Below, one piece after another: positions 9,907 to 18,826 of a DNA stretch of 64,000 nucleotides. The notes beneath the pieces are model-generated. The model worked only from the letters and a program-made list of their open reading frames with translations, was not told the origin of the DNA and made no database searches. Numbering within the stretch: the first letter of the stretch is position 1; each line of letters opens with the position of its first letter. A program made the position numbers and the translations under genes. The stretch comes from an uncultured Saccharofermentans sp. (GTDB lineage: Bacteria; Bacillota; Clostridia; Saccharofermentanales; UBA5734): the NCBI GenBank assembly GCA_963675845.1, contig OY776634.1:2109052-2173051 (forward strand), in the 5' to 3' direction.

Positions 9907-10601
9907 AAGGAGACCCGAGCACGATGGAAATGGATCTTGAACTGGACAAGAAACTGTCGGACGACGGTTCGATCGTCCCTAAAAAAGCCCGAAACAAAAA
10001 GATCAGGCAGCCCAACCCCAGGTCCGGCAAAGGCTTCGCGGCCGGGTTCGTGCTGGGCATCTTCCTGATCCTGATGCTGCTGGTGGGCATTGGCGCGGCA
10101 TTTTATATGAACATCAACGACTTACAGCTGACAGCGATCCAGACGATTCGGCTGGATGAGAAGACCTTCGATTATCTGGAACAAGAACTGGCCGCGCTGG
10201 ATGAATCCTTCAGCGAGCTCAGCGCCGGACAGCAGGTATTGAAAAGCGACCGGATCAAACTCGAGCAGGACCGGACCGCGCTCATCGAACAGCAGGCGGA
10301 ACTGATGGAACGGATTCAAGAGGTCGAGGCAGTCTCGCTGGCACTGAGCGAGCAGAAAGCTGAACTGGACAGCATCGTCTCGCTCTACGAAGCCATGGAA
10401 CCCGACGTTGCCGCGGCAATCCTGACCGAAGGCGAGGACATGGCCCAGACCTCGATCATCCTGAAAAACATGCAGGACAGCAAGCTTGCCTTGATCCTGG
10501 CTGAAATGGAGTCGCAGCAGGCCTCAGACCTGATCACCCTGATGGCGACCGGTGTTTTTGCCCCGACAGCAGCCGATGACGGCGAGGAGGGCGCAGAATG
10601 A
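9903..10601 (+). CDS. YlxF/MotE-like flagellar protein (N-terminal TM, coiled coil, MgtE-N-like helical domain)
   Basis: TM segment FAAGFVLGIFLILMLLVGIGAAFY. C-terminal AAAILTEGEDMAQTSIILKNMQDSKLALILAEM. Same slot as B. subtilis ylxF, between fliJ and fliK. Confidence 0.65.
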   Translation: MKGDPSTMEMDLELDKKLSDDGSIVPKKARNKKIRQPNPRSGKGFAAGFVLGIFLILMLLVGIGAAFYMNINDLQLTAIQTIRLDEKTFDYLEQELAALDESFSELSAGQQVLKSDRIKLEQDRTALIEQQAELMERIQEVEAVSLALSEQKAELDSIVSLYEAMEPDVAAAILTEGEDMAQTSIILKNMQDSKLALILAEMESQQASDLITLMATGVFAPTAADDGEEGAE

Positions 10602-11800
10602 ACAGCGGTTCGATTATCCCGGGACTGCCGGCCGTACAGCCCGGCCAGCTGATGCAGGCATTGGCCAAAGACGCTTCAGACCCGGCGCTGGCCAGTTGTT
10701 TTGCCGCCCTGCTGGGCGCTAGCCAAAAGACCCCTAAATGGCCGTCTGCTGAAGCTGGCGACCCGCCGAGTCAGGAACAGATGGACCTGGCAATCGAGCT
10801 GCTGGCAGCTCAGATGCAGACCCCGGTCAACATCTCGGTCGAGATTGAATGCGGCGAGAGATTTGATGCTGCCGACACCTCGGGTGGCCAGACGGGCGAG
10901 CTGGCGATAAACCAGGCTTTTGCAGGCGAGACCGAACAACCAGCGGGGTTTGAGGCAGCTCAAAAACAATTCGATCAACCGAATAAAATGCAAATTGACA
11001 CGGTTTTGTTCGCTCAGGACACCCAGCCAGTCCAATCGACACCGCCCCGGATGCCAGCAGCAGATGACGCTCAAAAGCTCGAGGCGGCGATTCAAACTGG
11101 CCTGAAAAACGGTGATGCCGACAAAAGCCAGGGCGCTGTCCCAGGCCTTGCACAGTTGACAGACCCGGGCCGGGCCGAGATGACCAGGGTCCAGGGCAAA
11201 GGTTTGGACAAGATCATGACCCGTTCGGAAGACCTGCCGGATAAAAGCCAGGCAGACTTCCAGATGATGCTGGATCGCCAGATCACACCGGCGCAGCAGC
11301 CGGCCGTTCCGCTAGCCCAGGGCGTCGCGACAAAATCCAACCCGGTTCTGGACGCTGAACCGATCAGCGGCGAGCAGCTGGTCGGCCAGGTGGTCGAGCA
11401 GGCCGAGTTTGATTTGACGGCTGAGCGCCAGTCCATTCGCATCCGGCTCAAGCCGGACCATTTCGGCGAACTGGAAATCCAGGTCAGCCGCAGCGGCGGC
11501 CAGCTCGAGGCCAGCATCCTCACGGACAAGGAGCAGACCCGGGAGATGCTGTCGGCCCACCTGGGTCAGCTGCAGACGGCGCTCGAGACACGCGGCATCA
11601 AGGTGGATACGCTGCAGATCCGCTCTGACGAATCGGCAGCTGCCGATTTTCAAAGCAGTTTCGACGACAAGTCCGGCCAGCAGCCCGACCGTGACCTGCC
11701 GGAACTTGACGATATCCGCGAAGCAGCCCGGCCCATCTCTAGCGAGACAGATCCGGGAACCGGCCTGCCGGTCACTGGCAGGATCAACACCGTGGTCTGA
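10598..11800 (+). CDS. fliK: Flagellar hook-length control protein FliK
   Basis: Pro/Gln/Ala-rich N-terminal region and C-terminal Flg_hook domain IRIRLKPDHFGELEIQVSRSGGQLEASILTD. Confidence 0.88.
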   Translation: MNSGSIIPGLPAVQPGQLMQALAKDASDPALASCFAALLGASQKTPKWPSAEAGDPPSQEQMDLAIELLAAQMQTPVNISVEIECGERFDAADTSGGQTGELAINQAFAGETEQPAGFEAAQKQFDQPNKMQIDTVLFAQDTQPVQSTPPRMPAADDAQKLEAAIQTGLKNGDADKSQGAVPGLAQLTDPGRAEMTRVQGKGLDKIMTRSEDLPDKSQADFQMMLDRQITPAQQPAVPLAQGVATKSNPVLDAEPISGEQLVGQVVEQAEFDLTAERQSIRIRLKPDHFGELEIQVSRSGGQLEASILTDKEQTREMLSAHLGQLQTALETRGIKVDTLQIRSDESAAADFQSSFDDKSGQQPDRDLPELDDIREAARPISSETDPGTGLPVTGRINTVV

Positions 11801-11810
11801 AAGGAGACAT

Positions 11811-12245
11811 ATGGACATTTCACAAATCACCAGCATCACGCCAGCGTCTGGCACAAGCCCCAGCCGGAACATCGGCTCGGATCTTGGCAAGGACGAATTC
11901 ATGAAGATCCTGGTCGCCCAGCTTTCCAACCAGGACCCCTTAAGTCCCTTGGAGGACAAGGATTTCATCGCCCAGATGGCTCAGTTCAGCATGCTGGAGG
12001 AATTGCAGAACCTGGACACCGGCATGGCTTTCAGCCAGGCCAGCAGCCTGGTCGGCAAGCACGTCTGCGCCCAGGTGGCCACAAGTGACGGCCAGTCAAG
12101 AGCGGTTTTCGGCCAGGTTGAAGCCGCCCTGATCATCGACGGCGCGCCCTGCCTGCAGATCGATGGCGAGACCATTCCCTATAACGAGAACATTATAGTC
12201 TATCAGCCGACTCAGACCGAAACACCGAACGGCAGAACACTTTAA
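11811..12245 (+). CDS. flgD: Flagellar hook capping/assembly protein FlgD
   Basis: GKDEFMKILVAQLSNQDPLSPLED motif. ATG 11811 follows AAGGAG. The longer track ORF (11691) overlaps fliK. Confidence 0.9.
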   Translation: MDISQITSITPASGTSPSRNIGSDLGKDEFMKILVAQLSNQDPLSPLEDKDFIAQMAQFSMLEELQNLDTGMAFSQASSLVGKHVCAQVATSDGQSRAVFGQVEAALIIDGAPCLQIDGETIPYNENIIVYQPTQTETPNGRTL

Positions 12246-12258
12246 GGAGGAAAGACCC

Positions 12259-13116
12259 ATGCTCAGATCACTTTATTCCGGCGTGTCCGGGCTCAAGAAC
12301 CACCAGACCAAGATGGATGTCATCGGCAACAACATCTCCAACGTCAATACGGTCGGCTTCAAGTCCAGCCGCGTCACGTTCCAGGACATCTACAGCCAGA
12401 CGCTGGCGCCCGCGTCCGCCCCCAGTACGACCGGCGGCCTCGGCGGCACCAATCCCAAGCAGGTCGGCCTGGGCGTCTCGCTCGGCACGGTCGACATCAT
12501 GCACACCCGCGGCGCGACCGAGTATACCGGCGCTCCACTGGATATCTCGATCGACGGTGACGGCTTCTTTGCCGTCACCGACAATACCCAGGAGTACTAC
12601 ACACGGGCCGGCAATTTCTCGACCGACTCCAACAACAGCCTGGTGACGTCGGACGGCCTTTATGTGCTGGGCTGGTGCCTGCCGGACGGTGTCGACCCCG
12701 CGACGGTCACGGTGCCGGACGCGCCGCCTGCCGTACTCGAGCGAATCACGATCAGCGACAACTTCTACGACGTTTCAATCTCGTCAAGCGGTGAAGTGGT
12801 CGGCATCAACCTCGCTACCCAGGCCAAGCAGGTGATCGCCAAGATTGCGCTGGCCAATTTCAACAACCAGAACGCGCTTGAAAAATACGGCAACAGCCTG
12901 TATGCGTCCAACCTCAACACCGGCACACCGGAATTCGGATTCCCGGGCAACGAGGGTGTCGCGACGCTGAGTCCGAGCTCGCTGGAAATGTCCAACGTCG
13001 ACCTGGCCAAGGAATTCACCGACATGATCGTCACGCAGCGCGGTTTCCAGGCCAATTCCAGGGTCATCACCACGTCCGATGAGATTCTGGAAGAACTGGT
13101 CAATATGAAGCGGTAA
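12259..13116 (+). CDS. flgE: Flagellar hook protein FlgE (short Firmicutes type)
   Basis: MLRSLYSGVSGLKNHQTKMDVIGNNISNVNTVGFK and C-terminal VTQRGFQANSRVITTSDEILEELVNM. Confidence 0.9.
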   Translation: MLRSLYSGVSGLKNHQTKMDVIGNNISNVNTVGFKSSRVTFQDIYSQTLAPASAPSTTGGLGGTNPKQVGLGVSLGTVDIMHTRGATEYTGAPLDISIDGDGFFAVTDNTQEYYTRAGNFSTDSNNSLVTSDGLYVLGWCLPDGVDPATVTVPDAPPAVLERITISDNFYDVSISSSGEVVGINLATQAKQVIAKIALANFNNQNALEKYGNSLYASNLNTGTPEFGFPGNEGVATLSPSSLEMSNVDLAKEFTDMIVTQRGFQANSRVITTSDEILEELVNMKR

Positions 13117-13138
13117 ATTCAAGATCTACTGAGAAAAG

Positions 13139-13546
13139 GTGAAGGTAGCCAACGTGAAGAAAGTTCTCTTAATCATTGTCATCGCGATCGCGATTGTCGG
13201 CATCGGGTTTTTCTCGATCGTACAGCTGACGAAGCCGAAGGACCCGTTCGCTCTGAACTACGATCCGGGCGATTCGTTCATTACGGATGTCAAGTCCAGC
13301 GACTCGCTGCTGAAGACCGATGTGGTCATCCTGGTCTCCGACGACAGCTGGATCGCGCAGCTGGAGGAGAACAACCACATCATCCGCAATGACATTATTT
13401 TCATCCTGCGCTCGATGACGCGGGATGAGATCAAGCGCGACGGCATCGAAGCTTTGCTCAGTGAGGCAATCGTCGGCAAGCTGAACGCCGAGTTTGAAAC
13501 GGATGTCTTTCAGGAAATCTATTTCAATGAATTCGTTATTCAGTAA
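13139..13546 (+). CDS. fliL: Flagellar basal body-associated protein FliL
   Basis: 135 aa with a single N-terminal TM (VLLIIVIAIAIVGIGFF) and the FliL-like tail EIYFNEFVIQ. The start may instead be GTG 13154. Confidence 0.8.
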   Translation: MKVANVKKVLLIIVIAIAIVGIGFFSIVQLTKPKDPFALNYDPGDSFITDVKSSDSLLKTDVVILVSDDSWIAQLEENNHIIRNDIIFILRSMTRDEIKRDGIEALLSEAIVGKLNAEFETDVFQEIYFNEFVIQ

Positions 13547-13568
13547 AAGACACGAGAAAGGCACGAAG

Positions 13569-14564
13569 ATGGCGGAAATACTGTCACAAAATGAAATCGA
13601 CCAGCTGCTTTCTGACCTCAGCGAGGGTCGTTTTGTCGAGCCGCCGGAAACGGTGGCCGAAGGCCCCAGAATCAAGCGCTACGACTTCAAAACAGCGAAC
13701 AAGATCCCGCGCGACCAGATCAAGACACTTGGGATCATCTATGAGAATTTTTCGCGCCTGCTGGGGACTTTTCTAACCGGCACGCTGGGGGTTTTCTGTG
13801 AGGCTGAACTGGTCACGCTGGAGGAGCAGACCTTCCAGGAGTTCACCAACTCCGCGCCCCAGTCCAGCATCCTGGCCATTCTTGGCATGGCACCGCTGGA
13901 AGGATCGACCCTGTTCCAGATCTCGCCGGAAATCGCCTACGCCATCCTCGACTGCCTGCTCGGCGGCCCCGGCAAGCCGTCCAGCTACCGCCGCCTGTTT
14001 ACCGAGATCGATCTGGTCATCCTGGAAAAGGTGATCAAACAGCTGCTGCCGCTGCTGCCTGAAGCCTGGGAGAAGGTCGCCAAGGTCGAAGCCGTGCTGG
14101 AGAACATGGAAACGAGCCTCCAGTTCACGCAGATCGTACCGCCGAATGAGACCATCGTCATCATCACGATTTCGGTTTGTATCGGCGAGACCGAGGCGCT
14201 TGTGAACTTCTGCCTGCCCCAGCTGTCCTTTGAACCGCTGACCAAAACCCTCAACACCAGGCTTCTGGTCAGCGGCCGCAGCGAGCCCAAAAACGATTCG
14301 GGCAATTCAAGAAACATCCTGTCCATGATCAGCCAGACATCGATCCCGATCCAGGCTGTCCTGTCCGAAGCGACCATTTCGGTCAGCGAACTGGTCAATC
14401 TGCAAATCGGGGATGTCATCCACCTGGACAGCCATTACCAGGATCCGCTGGTGATCAAGATCGGCAATATCGCAAGACTGGAAGGATCCCTCGGGACCCG
14501 CGGCAGCCGGTATGCCGTCAAAGTCACCGGAATCAACAGCAAGGAGGAAGCAGACCATGAGTGA
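13569..14564 (+). CDS. fliM: Flagellar motor switch protein FliM
   Basis: N-terminal CheY-P docking motif MAEILSQNEIDQLL. Conserved FliM middle and C-terminal SpoA-like domain. The track ORF start (13494) overlaps fliL. Confidence 0.94.
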   Translation: MAEILSQNEIDQLLSDLSEGRFVEPPETVAEGPRIKRYDFKTANKIPRDQIKTLGIIYENFSRLLGTFLTGTLGVFCEAELVTLEEQTFQEFTNSAPQSSILAILGMAPLEGSTLFQISPEIAYAILDCLLGGPGKPSSYRRLFTEIDLVILEKVIKQLLPLLPEAWEKVAKVEAVLENMETSLQFTQIVPPNETIVIITISVCIGETEALVNFCLPQLSFEPLTKTLNTRLLVSGRSEPKNDSGNSRNILSMISQTSIPIQAVLSEATISVSELVNLQIGDVIHLDSHYQDPLVIKIGNIARLEGSLGTRGSRYAVKVTGINSKEEADHE

Positions 14565-15600
14565 CATGCTTTCACAACAAGACATTGATGCCATGCTGGC
14601 CCAAACGGCCGCCGGCCAGAGCCTGAGCGGCCCGGAAATCGATACGCTGGGTGAAATCGGCAACATCAGCATGGGGTCGGCCGCGACTGCCCTCAATACC
14701 ATCCTTGGCCGCAAGGTGAGAATCACCACGCCCGAGGTCACATTGACGACGATGCAGGAGCTGGTGGACAGCCACCAGATGCCCTACCTGATTGTCAATG
14801 TCGGCTACTCCGAGGGCTTTTCCGGCCACAATCTCTTCATCCTCAAGCTCGATGACGTCAAGATCATGACCGATATCATGATGGGCGGCGACGGCCAGCC
14901 AGACCTTGAAGCGGAATTGTCCGAACTGCATATCAGCGCGATCAGCGAAGCGATGAACCAGATGATGGGCGGCATGTCGACCTCGATGGCCGAGATGTTC
15001 AACCGCATGGTCAACATCACGCCGCCGGTCACCAATGTGGTCCGATTGTCGGACGAGCAGCTCCAGGCTGTATTCCCGGACGACGGCAACGAGCTGGTCA
15101 ACATCAGCTTCAAGATGGAGATCGAAGGCCTGCTCGACAGCCGGATCATGCAGCTGATGCCGCTCGCGTTCAGCAAGTCGCTGGTGGGCGAGCTGGTCGG
15201 CGTGCCCGAACCGCCGGCCAAAAAACCGGAAGAAAAACCGGCTCCGGCCGGACCCGCGCCCCAGCCGGCTCAGTCCGTCAACGCCCGGCCGATCTCGCTG
15301 CCCAGTTTTGACGAGCCGGGTGCCAGCCAGGCGATTGTTGAGAACTCGATTGACCTGATCCTGGACGTGCCGCTCCTGATTACGGTCGAGCTCGGCCAGT
15401 GCCGCAAAACCATCAAGGAGATCATGGACATCAACGTCGGCTCGGTCATCGCGCTGGACAAGCTGGCCGGCGAGCCGGTCGATGTCGTGGCCAACGGCAA
15501 GGCCGTGGCCAAGGGCGAAGTCATCGTGGTTGACGAGAATTTCGGCATCCGGATCACCGAGGTCCTGTCCGCCGGCAAGCGCATCCGCCTGGCCAGATAG
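14557..15600 (+). CDS. fliY: Flagellar motor switch phosphatase FliY (CheC-like domain plus FliN domain)
   Basis: MSDMLSQQDIDAML N-terminus, CheC-like repeats, Pro-rich linker, C-terminal FliN/SpoA domain (IALDKLAGEPVDVVANGKAVAKGEVIVVDENFGIRITEV). AAGGAGG RBS. Confidence 0.92.
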   Translation: MSDMLSQQDIDAMLAQTAAGQSLSGPEIDTLGEIGNISMGSAATALNTILGRKVRITTPEVTLTTMQELVDSHQMPYLIVNVGYSEGFSGHNLFILKLDDVKIMTDIMMGGDGQPDLEAELSELHISAISEAMNQMMGGMSTSMAEMFNRMVNITPPVTNVVRLSDEQLQAVFPDDGNELVNISFKMEIEGLLDSRIMQLMPLAFSKSLVGELVGVPEPPAKKPEEKPAPAGPAPQPAQSVNARPISLPSFDEPGASQAIVENSIDLILDVPLLITVELGQCRKTIKEIMDINVGSVIALDKLAGEPVDVVANGKAVAKGEVIVVDENFGIRITEVLSAGKRIRLAR

Positions 15601-15627
15601 CCGCCGGAGCATGACGAGGAGAAGAGC

Positions 15628-15936
15628 ATGGGACCAGATTTAGGACAGATTATTCTACTGGTGGTTGTCATGGCGGGCATTTTTGTCCTGTCCTGGCTGG
15701 CGACCAAGTATCTCGGCCGCCGCCTGGGCACAAGCTCAAGTGCCAGGATGAAGGTCGTGGAGCGCCTGGGGCTGGGCCGTGACCGCCAGATCGCGCTGGT
15801 CAAGGTCGGAGACCGGCATTATATGGTCGGCATTACCGGCCACCAGATCAGTTTCAGCCAGCCGGTCGATCTTGAGTCGTCCGACATGAAGACGCAGCTG
15901 GAAAGGGCAATGGTGCACGATGGAAACGAATCCTAA
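15628..15936 (+). CDS. fliO: Flagellar biosynthesis protein FliO/FliZ
   Basis: 102 aa with a single TM (IILLVVVMAGIFVLSWLA). Position is just upstream of fliP and overlaps it. Confidence 0.75.
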   Translation: MGPDLGQIILLVVVMAGIFVLSWLATKYLGRRLGTSSSARMKVVERLGLGRDRQIALVKVGDRHYMVGITGHQISFSQPVDLESSDMKTQLERAMVHDGNES

Positions 15937-16666
15937 ACCCAGGCGAAGCATCAAGGCCCTGGGCATGATGCTGGCCATCGGCTTGATGCCGTTCTTATTC
16001 GGCGCCAGCGCATCAGCATCCCTGATCGATCTGCCGGACGAGCGCTCCCAGAGCGTCCAGCTGCTGTTGCTGCTGACCGTTCTGGCCCTGGTCCCGTCTA
16101 TCCTGATCATGATGACCGGCTTTACGCGGATCATCATCGTACTCTCGTTTGTCCGGAACGCGCTGGGTCTGCAGCAGATGCCGCCCAACCAGATCCTGAT
16201 TGGTCTGGCCCTGATCCTGAACCTGTTCTTCATGGCCCCGATCATCGGCGAGATCAAGGCAGTCGCCTACGATCCTTATGTCAACGAACAGATTGAACAG
16301 GACGAGGCCATCGAGCTGGCGATGCAGCCGCTTCGCGGCTTCATGCTTGAGCAGACCTACACTGACGACCTGAGCATGTTCATGGATATGGCCGGGATCG
16401 ACCAGGTGCCCACCGTCCAGGACGTGCCCAGCAAGGTGTTAATCCCGGCCTTTGTCACCAGCGAGCTCAAGCGCTCATTCCAGATCGGGTTCTTCATCTT
16501 TGTCCCGTTCCTGATCATCGACATGATCGTCGCCTCGACCCTGATGTCGATGGGCATGATGATGCTGCCGCCGACCGTGATCTCGCTGCCGTTCAAGATC
16601 CTGCTGTTCGTTCTGGTCGACGGCTGGGGTCTGATCATCAAGACATTGTTCAACAGTTTCGCTTGA
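15920..16666 (+). CDS. fliP: Flagellar export apparatus protein FliP
   Basis: 248 aa. Conserved LLLLTVLALVPSILIMMTGFTRIIIVLSFVRNALG and MGMMMLPP segments. Confidence 0.96.
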   Translation: METNPKPRRSIKALGMMLAIGLMPFLFGASASASLIDLPDERSQSVQLLLLLTVLALVPSILIMMTGFTRIIIVLSFVRNALGLQQMPPNQILIGLALILNLFFMAPIIGEIKAVAYDPYVNEQIEQDEAIELAMQPLRGFMLEQTYTDDLSMFMDMAGIDQVPTVQDVPSKVLIPAFVTSELKRSFQIGFFIFVPFLIIDMIVASTLMSMGMMMLPPTVISLPFKILLFVLVDGWGLIIKTLFNSFA

Positions 16667-16679
16667 AGGAGGATGCGCC

Positions 16680-16949
16680 ATGAGCCAGGCAGATGTGATG
16701 CAAATCGGCAAAGATGCCATCTATACGGTGATGGAAGTCGCGGCCCCGGTCCTGCTGACCGGACTGATTATCGGCCTTCTGGTTTCGATTTTCCAGGCCA
16801 TGACCCAAATCAACGAACAGACCATGGTCTTCATCCCCAAGATTGTCGGCATCCTGCTGGCGATCCTGGTGTTCGGCTCCTGGATGCTGACGAGGCTGGT
16901 TGAGTTTACCAACCGCCTGTTTGCCGGCATGCAGACCATGATTCAATAG
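16680..16949 (+). CDS. fliQ: Flagellar export apparatus protein FliQ
   Basis: 89-aa two-TM protein (VLLTGLIIGLLVSIFQAMTQINEQT), canonical FliQ. Confidence 0.95.
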   Translation: MSQADVMQIGKDAIYTVMEVAAPVLLTGLIIGLLVSIFQAMTQINEQTMVFIPKIVGILLAILVFGSWMLTRLVEFTNRLFAGMQTMIQ

Positions 16950-16967
16950 GAGAAAAGGACAAACGAC

Positions 16968-17759
16968 ATGGAGCAGCTGATCGGACAGATCAATAGCCAA
17001 CTGCCATACTACCTGCTGCTGTTTGTGCGCATGAGCGGGCTGTTCATCATGTCGCCAATTTTCGGCCGCAAAAACATCCCGGCCATGCTGAAGATTGGCT
17101 TTTCGGTTCTGCTGACCCTGATCCTGGGCACCGCAACCGTGCCGACCGGCGTCCAATTCGACGATCATCTCCTCGGATATGTCCTGCCGGTGCTGGGCGA
17201 ACTGGCGGTCGGCCTGTCGCTGGGCTTTGTCGCCGCGATGTTCTTTTCGGCCACCCTGATCGCCGGTCAGATCATTGACGTTGAAATGGGCCTGGGTATC
17301 GGCGGCGTCTTTGATCCGGGCATGAACACCAATGCCGCGGTCAGCGGCGTTTTTCTCAACCTGATGATGCTGCTATATTTCCTGCTCAACAACGGCCACC
17401 TCCGCCTGATCCGGATCCTGGCCGCGTCGGTCGATCTGGCGCCGGTCGGACAGGTCACGCTTTCACCCGATCTGGCGCTTTTAGGCGCCCAGCAGTTTAC
17501 GCTGGCCTTTGGCCTGGCTGTCAGCCTGATGCTGCCCCTGATCGGCGCGGCACTGCTGACCGAGACCGGCATGGGCCTGCTGATGCGCGCCATTCCCCAG
17601 CTCAACGCCTATATGGTCGGCATTCCCCTCAAGGTGCTGGTCGGCCTGTTCGTACTCACCATGCTCCAGCCGGTCTATGTCATATTCTGCGACAAGGTCT
17701 TCAATGAGATCTACGCCGCGTCAGGCCGTTGGATCAGCCAGATGGGAGGTGCGGCATGA
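16968..17759 (+). CDS. fliR: Flagellar export apparatus protein FliR
   Basis: 263-aa polytopic membrane protein between fliQ and flhB, with FliR-like RMSGLFIMSPIFG. Confidence 0.93.
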   Translation: MEQLIGQINSQLPYYLLLFVRMSGLFIMSPIFGRKNIPAMLKIGFSVLLTLILGTATVPTGVQFDDHLLGYVLPVLGELAVGLSLGFVAAMFFSATLIAGQIIDVEMGLGIGGVFDPGMNTNAAVSGVFLNLMMLLYFLLNNGHLRLIRILAASVDLAPVGQVTLSPDLALLGAQQFTLAFGLAVSLMLPLIGAALLTETGMGLLMRAIPQLNAYMVGIPLKVLVGLFVLTMLQPVYVIFCDKVFNEIYAASGRWISQMGGAA

Positions 17760-18826
17760 GCCAGTCCGGCGAAAAAACCGAGAAGGCGACACCCAAAAAG
17801 CAGCGCGAGCAGCGCGAGAAGGGCAATGTCCTCAAAAGCCGCGACCTCGCGGTTGCCCTCCAGCTGCTCAGCCTGTTCGCATTCTTCCGGCTGGCCGGCC
17901 CGGTCATCGCCCGGGGCCTGCAGGGCATGGTCCGATCCGCCCTCTCCGGCCGCGTGCTGACCGCCGAGCCGCTGACCATCCAGGCCACGTCCGGCTATTA
18001 CGGCGAGGTGATGGGCGAGGCGCTTTTGATCATCGCGCCGCTGTTTGCCTTTGTTGTCTTCATGGGCGCTCTGGTCAACATCGTCCAGACCGGATTTCTG
18101 CTGACCGGCAAGGCGCTGGCTGTCAAGGCCGAACGCATCAGCCCGGTCGCCGGCGCCAAGCGGATGTTCTCCAGCCGCAGCGTTGTCGAGATGCTCAAAT
18201 CCGTCGCCAAGATCGGCGTGGTCGTGCTCTCGGTCTACCAGCAGTTCTGGCATGACACGCGCGACATCGCCAGCCTGGTGTCCTACCGGATCGACATCGC
18301 GGCCACCATGGTGCTGGACCTCTGTCAGGCCCTGGCGCTCCAGCTGGGCGTGGTCTTTCTGGTGATCGCGGTATTCGACTACCTCTACCAGTGGTACAAG
18401 CACAACAAGGATATGCGCATGACCAAGCAGGAGGTCAAGGATGAATACAAGACGACCGAGGGCAATCCGCAGAACAAGAGCAGGATTCGCTCGATCCAGC
18501 GGCTGCTGGCCAGCCAGCGCATGATGGCCGATATTCCGCTGGCCGATGTCGTCGTAACCAACCCGACCCATTACGCGATCGCGCTCCGATATGACCCTGA
18601 CCGTTCCGCGGCGCCGGTCGTGGTGGCCAAGGGCAAAAACCTGGTTGCCCAGCGGATCAAGGAGATCGCCCGCGACAACCGTGTCGCCATCGTCGAGAAC
18701 AAGCCGCTGGCCCAGTCGCTGCACAAAATGTGCAAGGTCGGCAGCCAGATCCCGGCCGATCTCTATGGGGCCGTGGCTGAAGTTCTGGCCTATGTCTTCA
18801 AACTCAAGGGAGGTGCGCGCGCATGA
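17756..18826 (+). CDS. flhB: Flagellar export switch protein FlhB
   Basis: MSQSGEKTEKATPKKQREQREKGNVLKSRDL N-terminus and NPTH autocleavage motif (VVTNPTHYAIALRY). The start overlaps the fliR stop. Confidence 0.96.
   Translation: MSQSGEKTEKATPKKQREQREKGNVLKSRDLAVALQLLSLFAFFRLAGPVIARGLQGMVRSALSGRVLTAEPLTIQATSGYYGEVMGEALLIIAPLFAFVVFMGALVNIVQTGFLLTGKALAVKAERISPVAGAKRMFSSRSVVEMLKSVAKIGVVVLSVYQQFWHDTRDIASLVSYRIDIAATMVLDLCQALALQLGVVFLVIAVFDYLYQWYKHNKDMRMTKQEVKDEYKTTEGNPQNKSRIRSIQRLLASQRMMADIPLADVVVTNPTHYAIALRYDPDRSAAPVVVAKGKNLVAQRIKEIARDNRVAIVENKPLAQSLHKMCKVGSQIPADLYGAVAEVLAYVFKLKGGARA

Noticed and set aside
14572-15612. Long minus-strand ORFs throughout the high-GC block. Examples are 14572-15612, 42103-44097, 44438-45802, 48922-50004, 17711-18724, 7542-8414, 40459-41349 and 19450-20304.
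   Set aside because: Each lies fully antisense to a + strand gene with unambiguous family motifs (FliY, MCP, CheR/CheB, CapD, FlhB, FliH/FliI, CheA, FlhA). Their translations are Arg/Gly/Ala/Pro/Asp-rich low-complexity strings typical of stop-poor antisense frames in GC-rich DNA. No RBS or domain signatures were seen.
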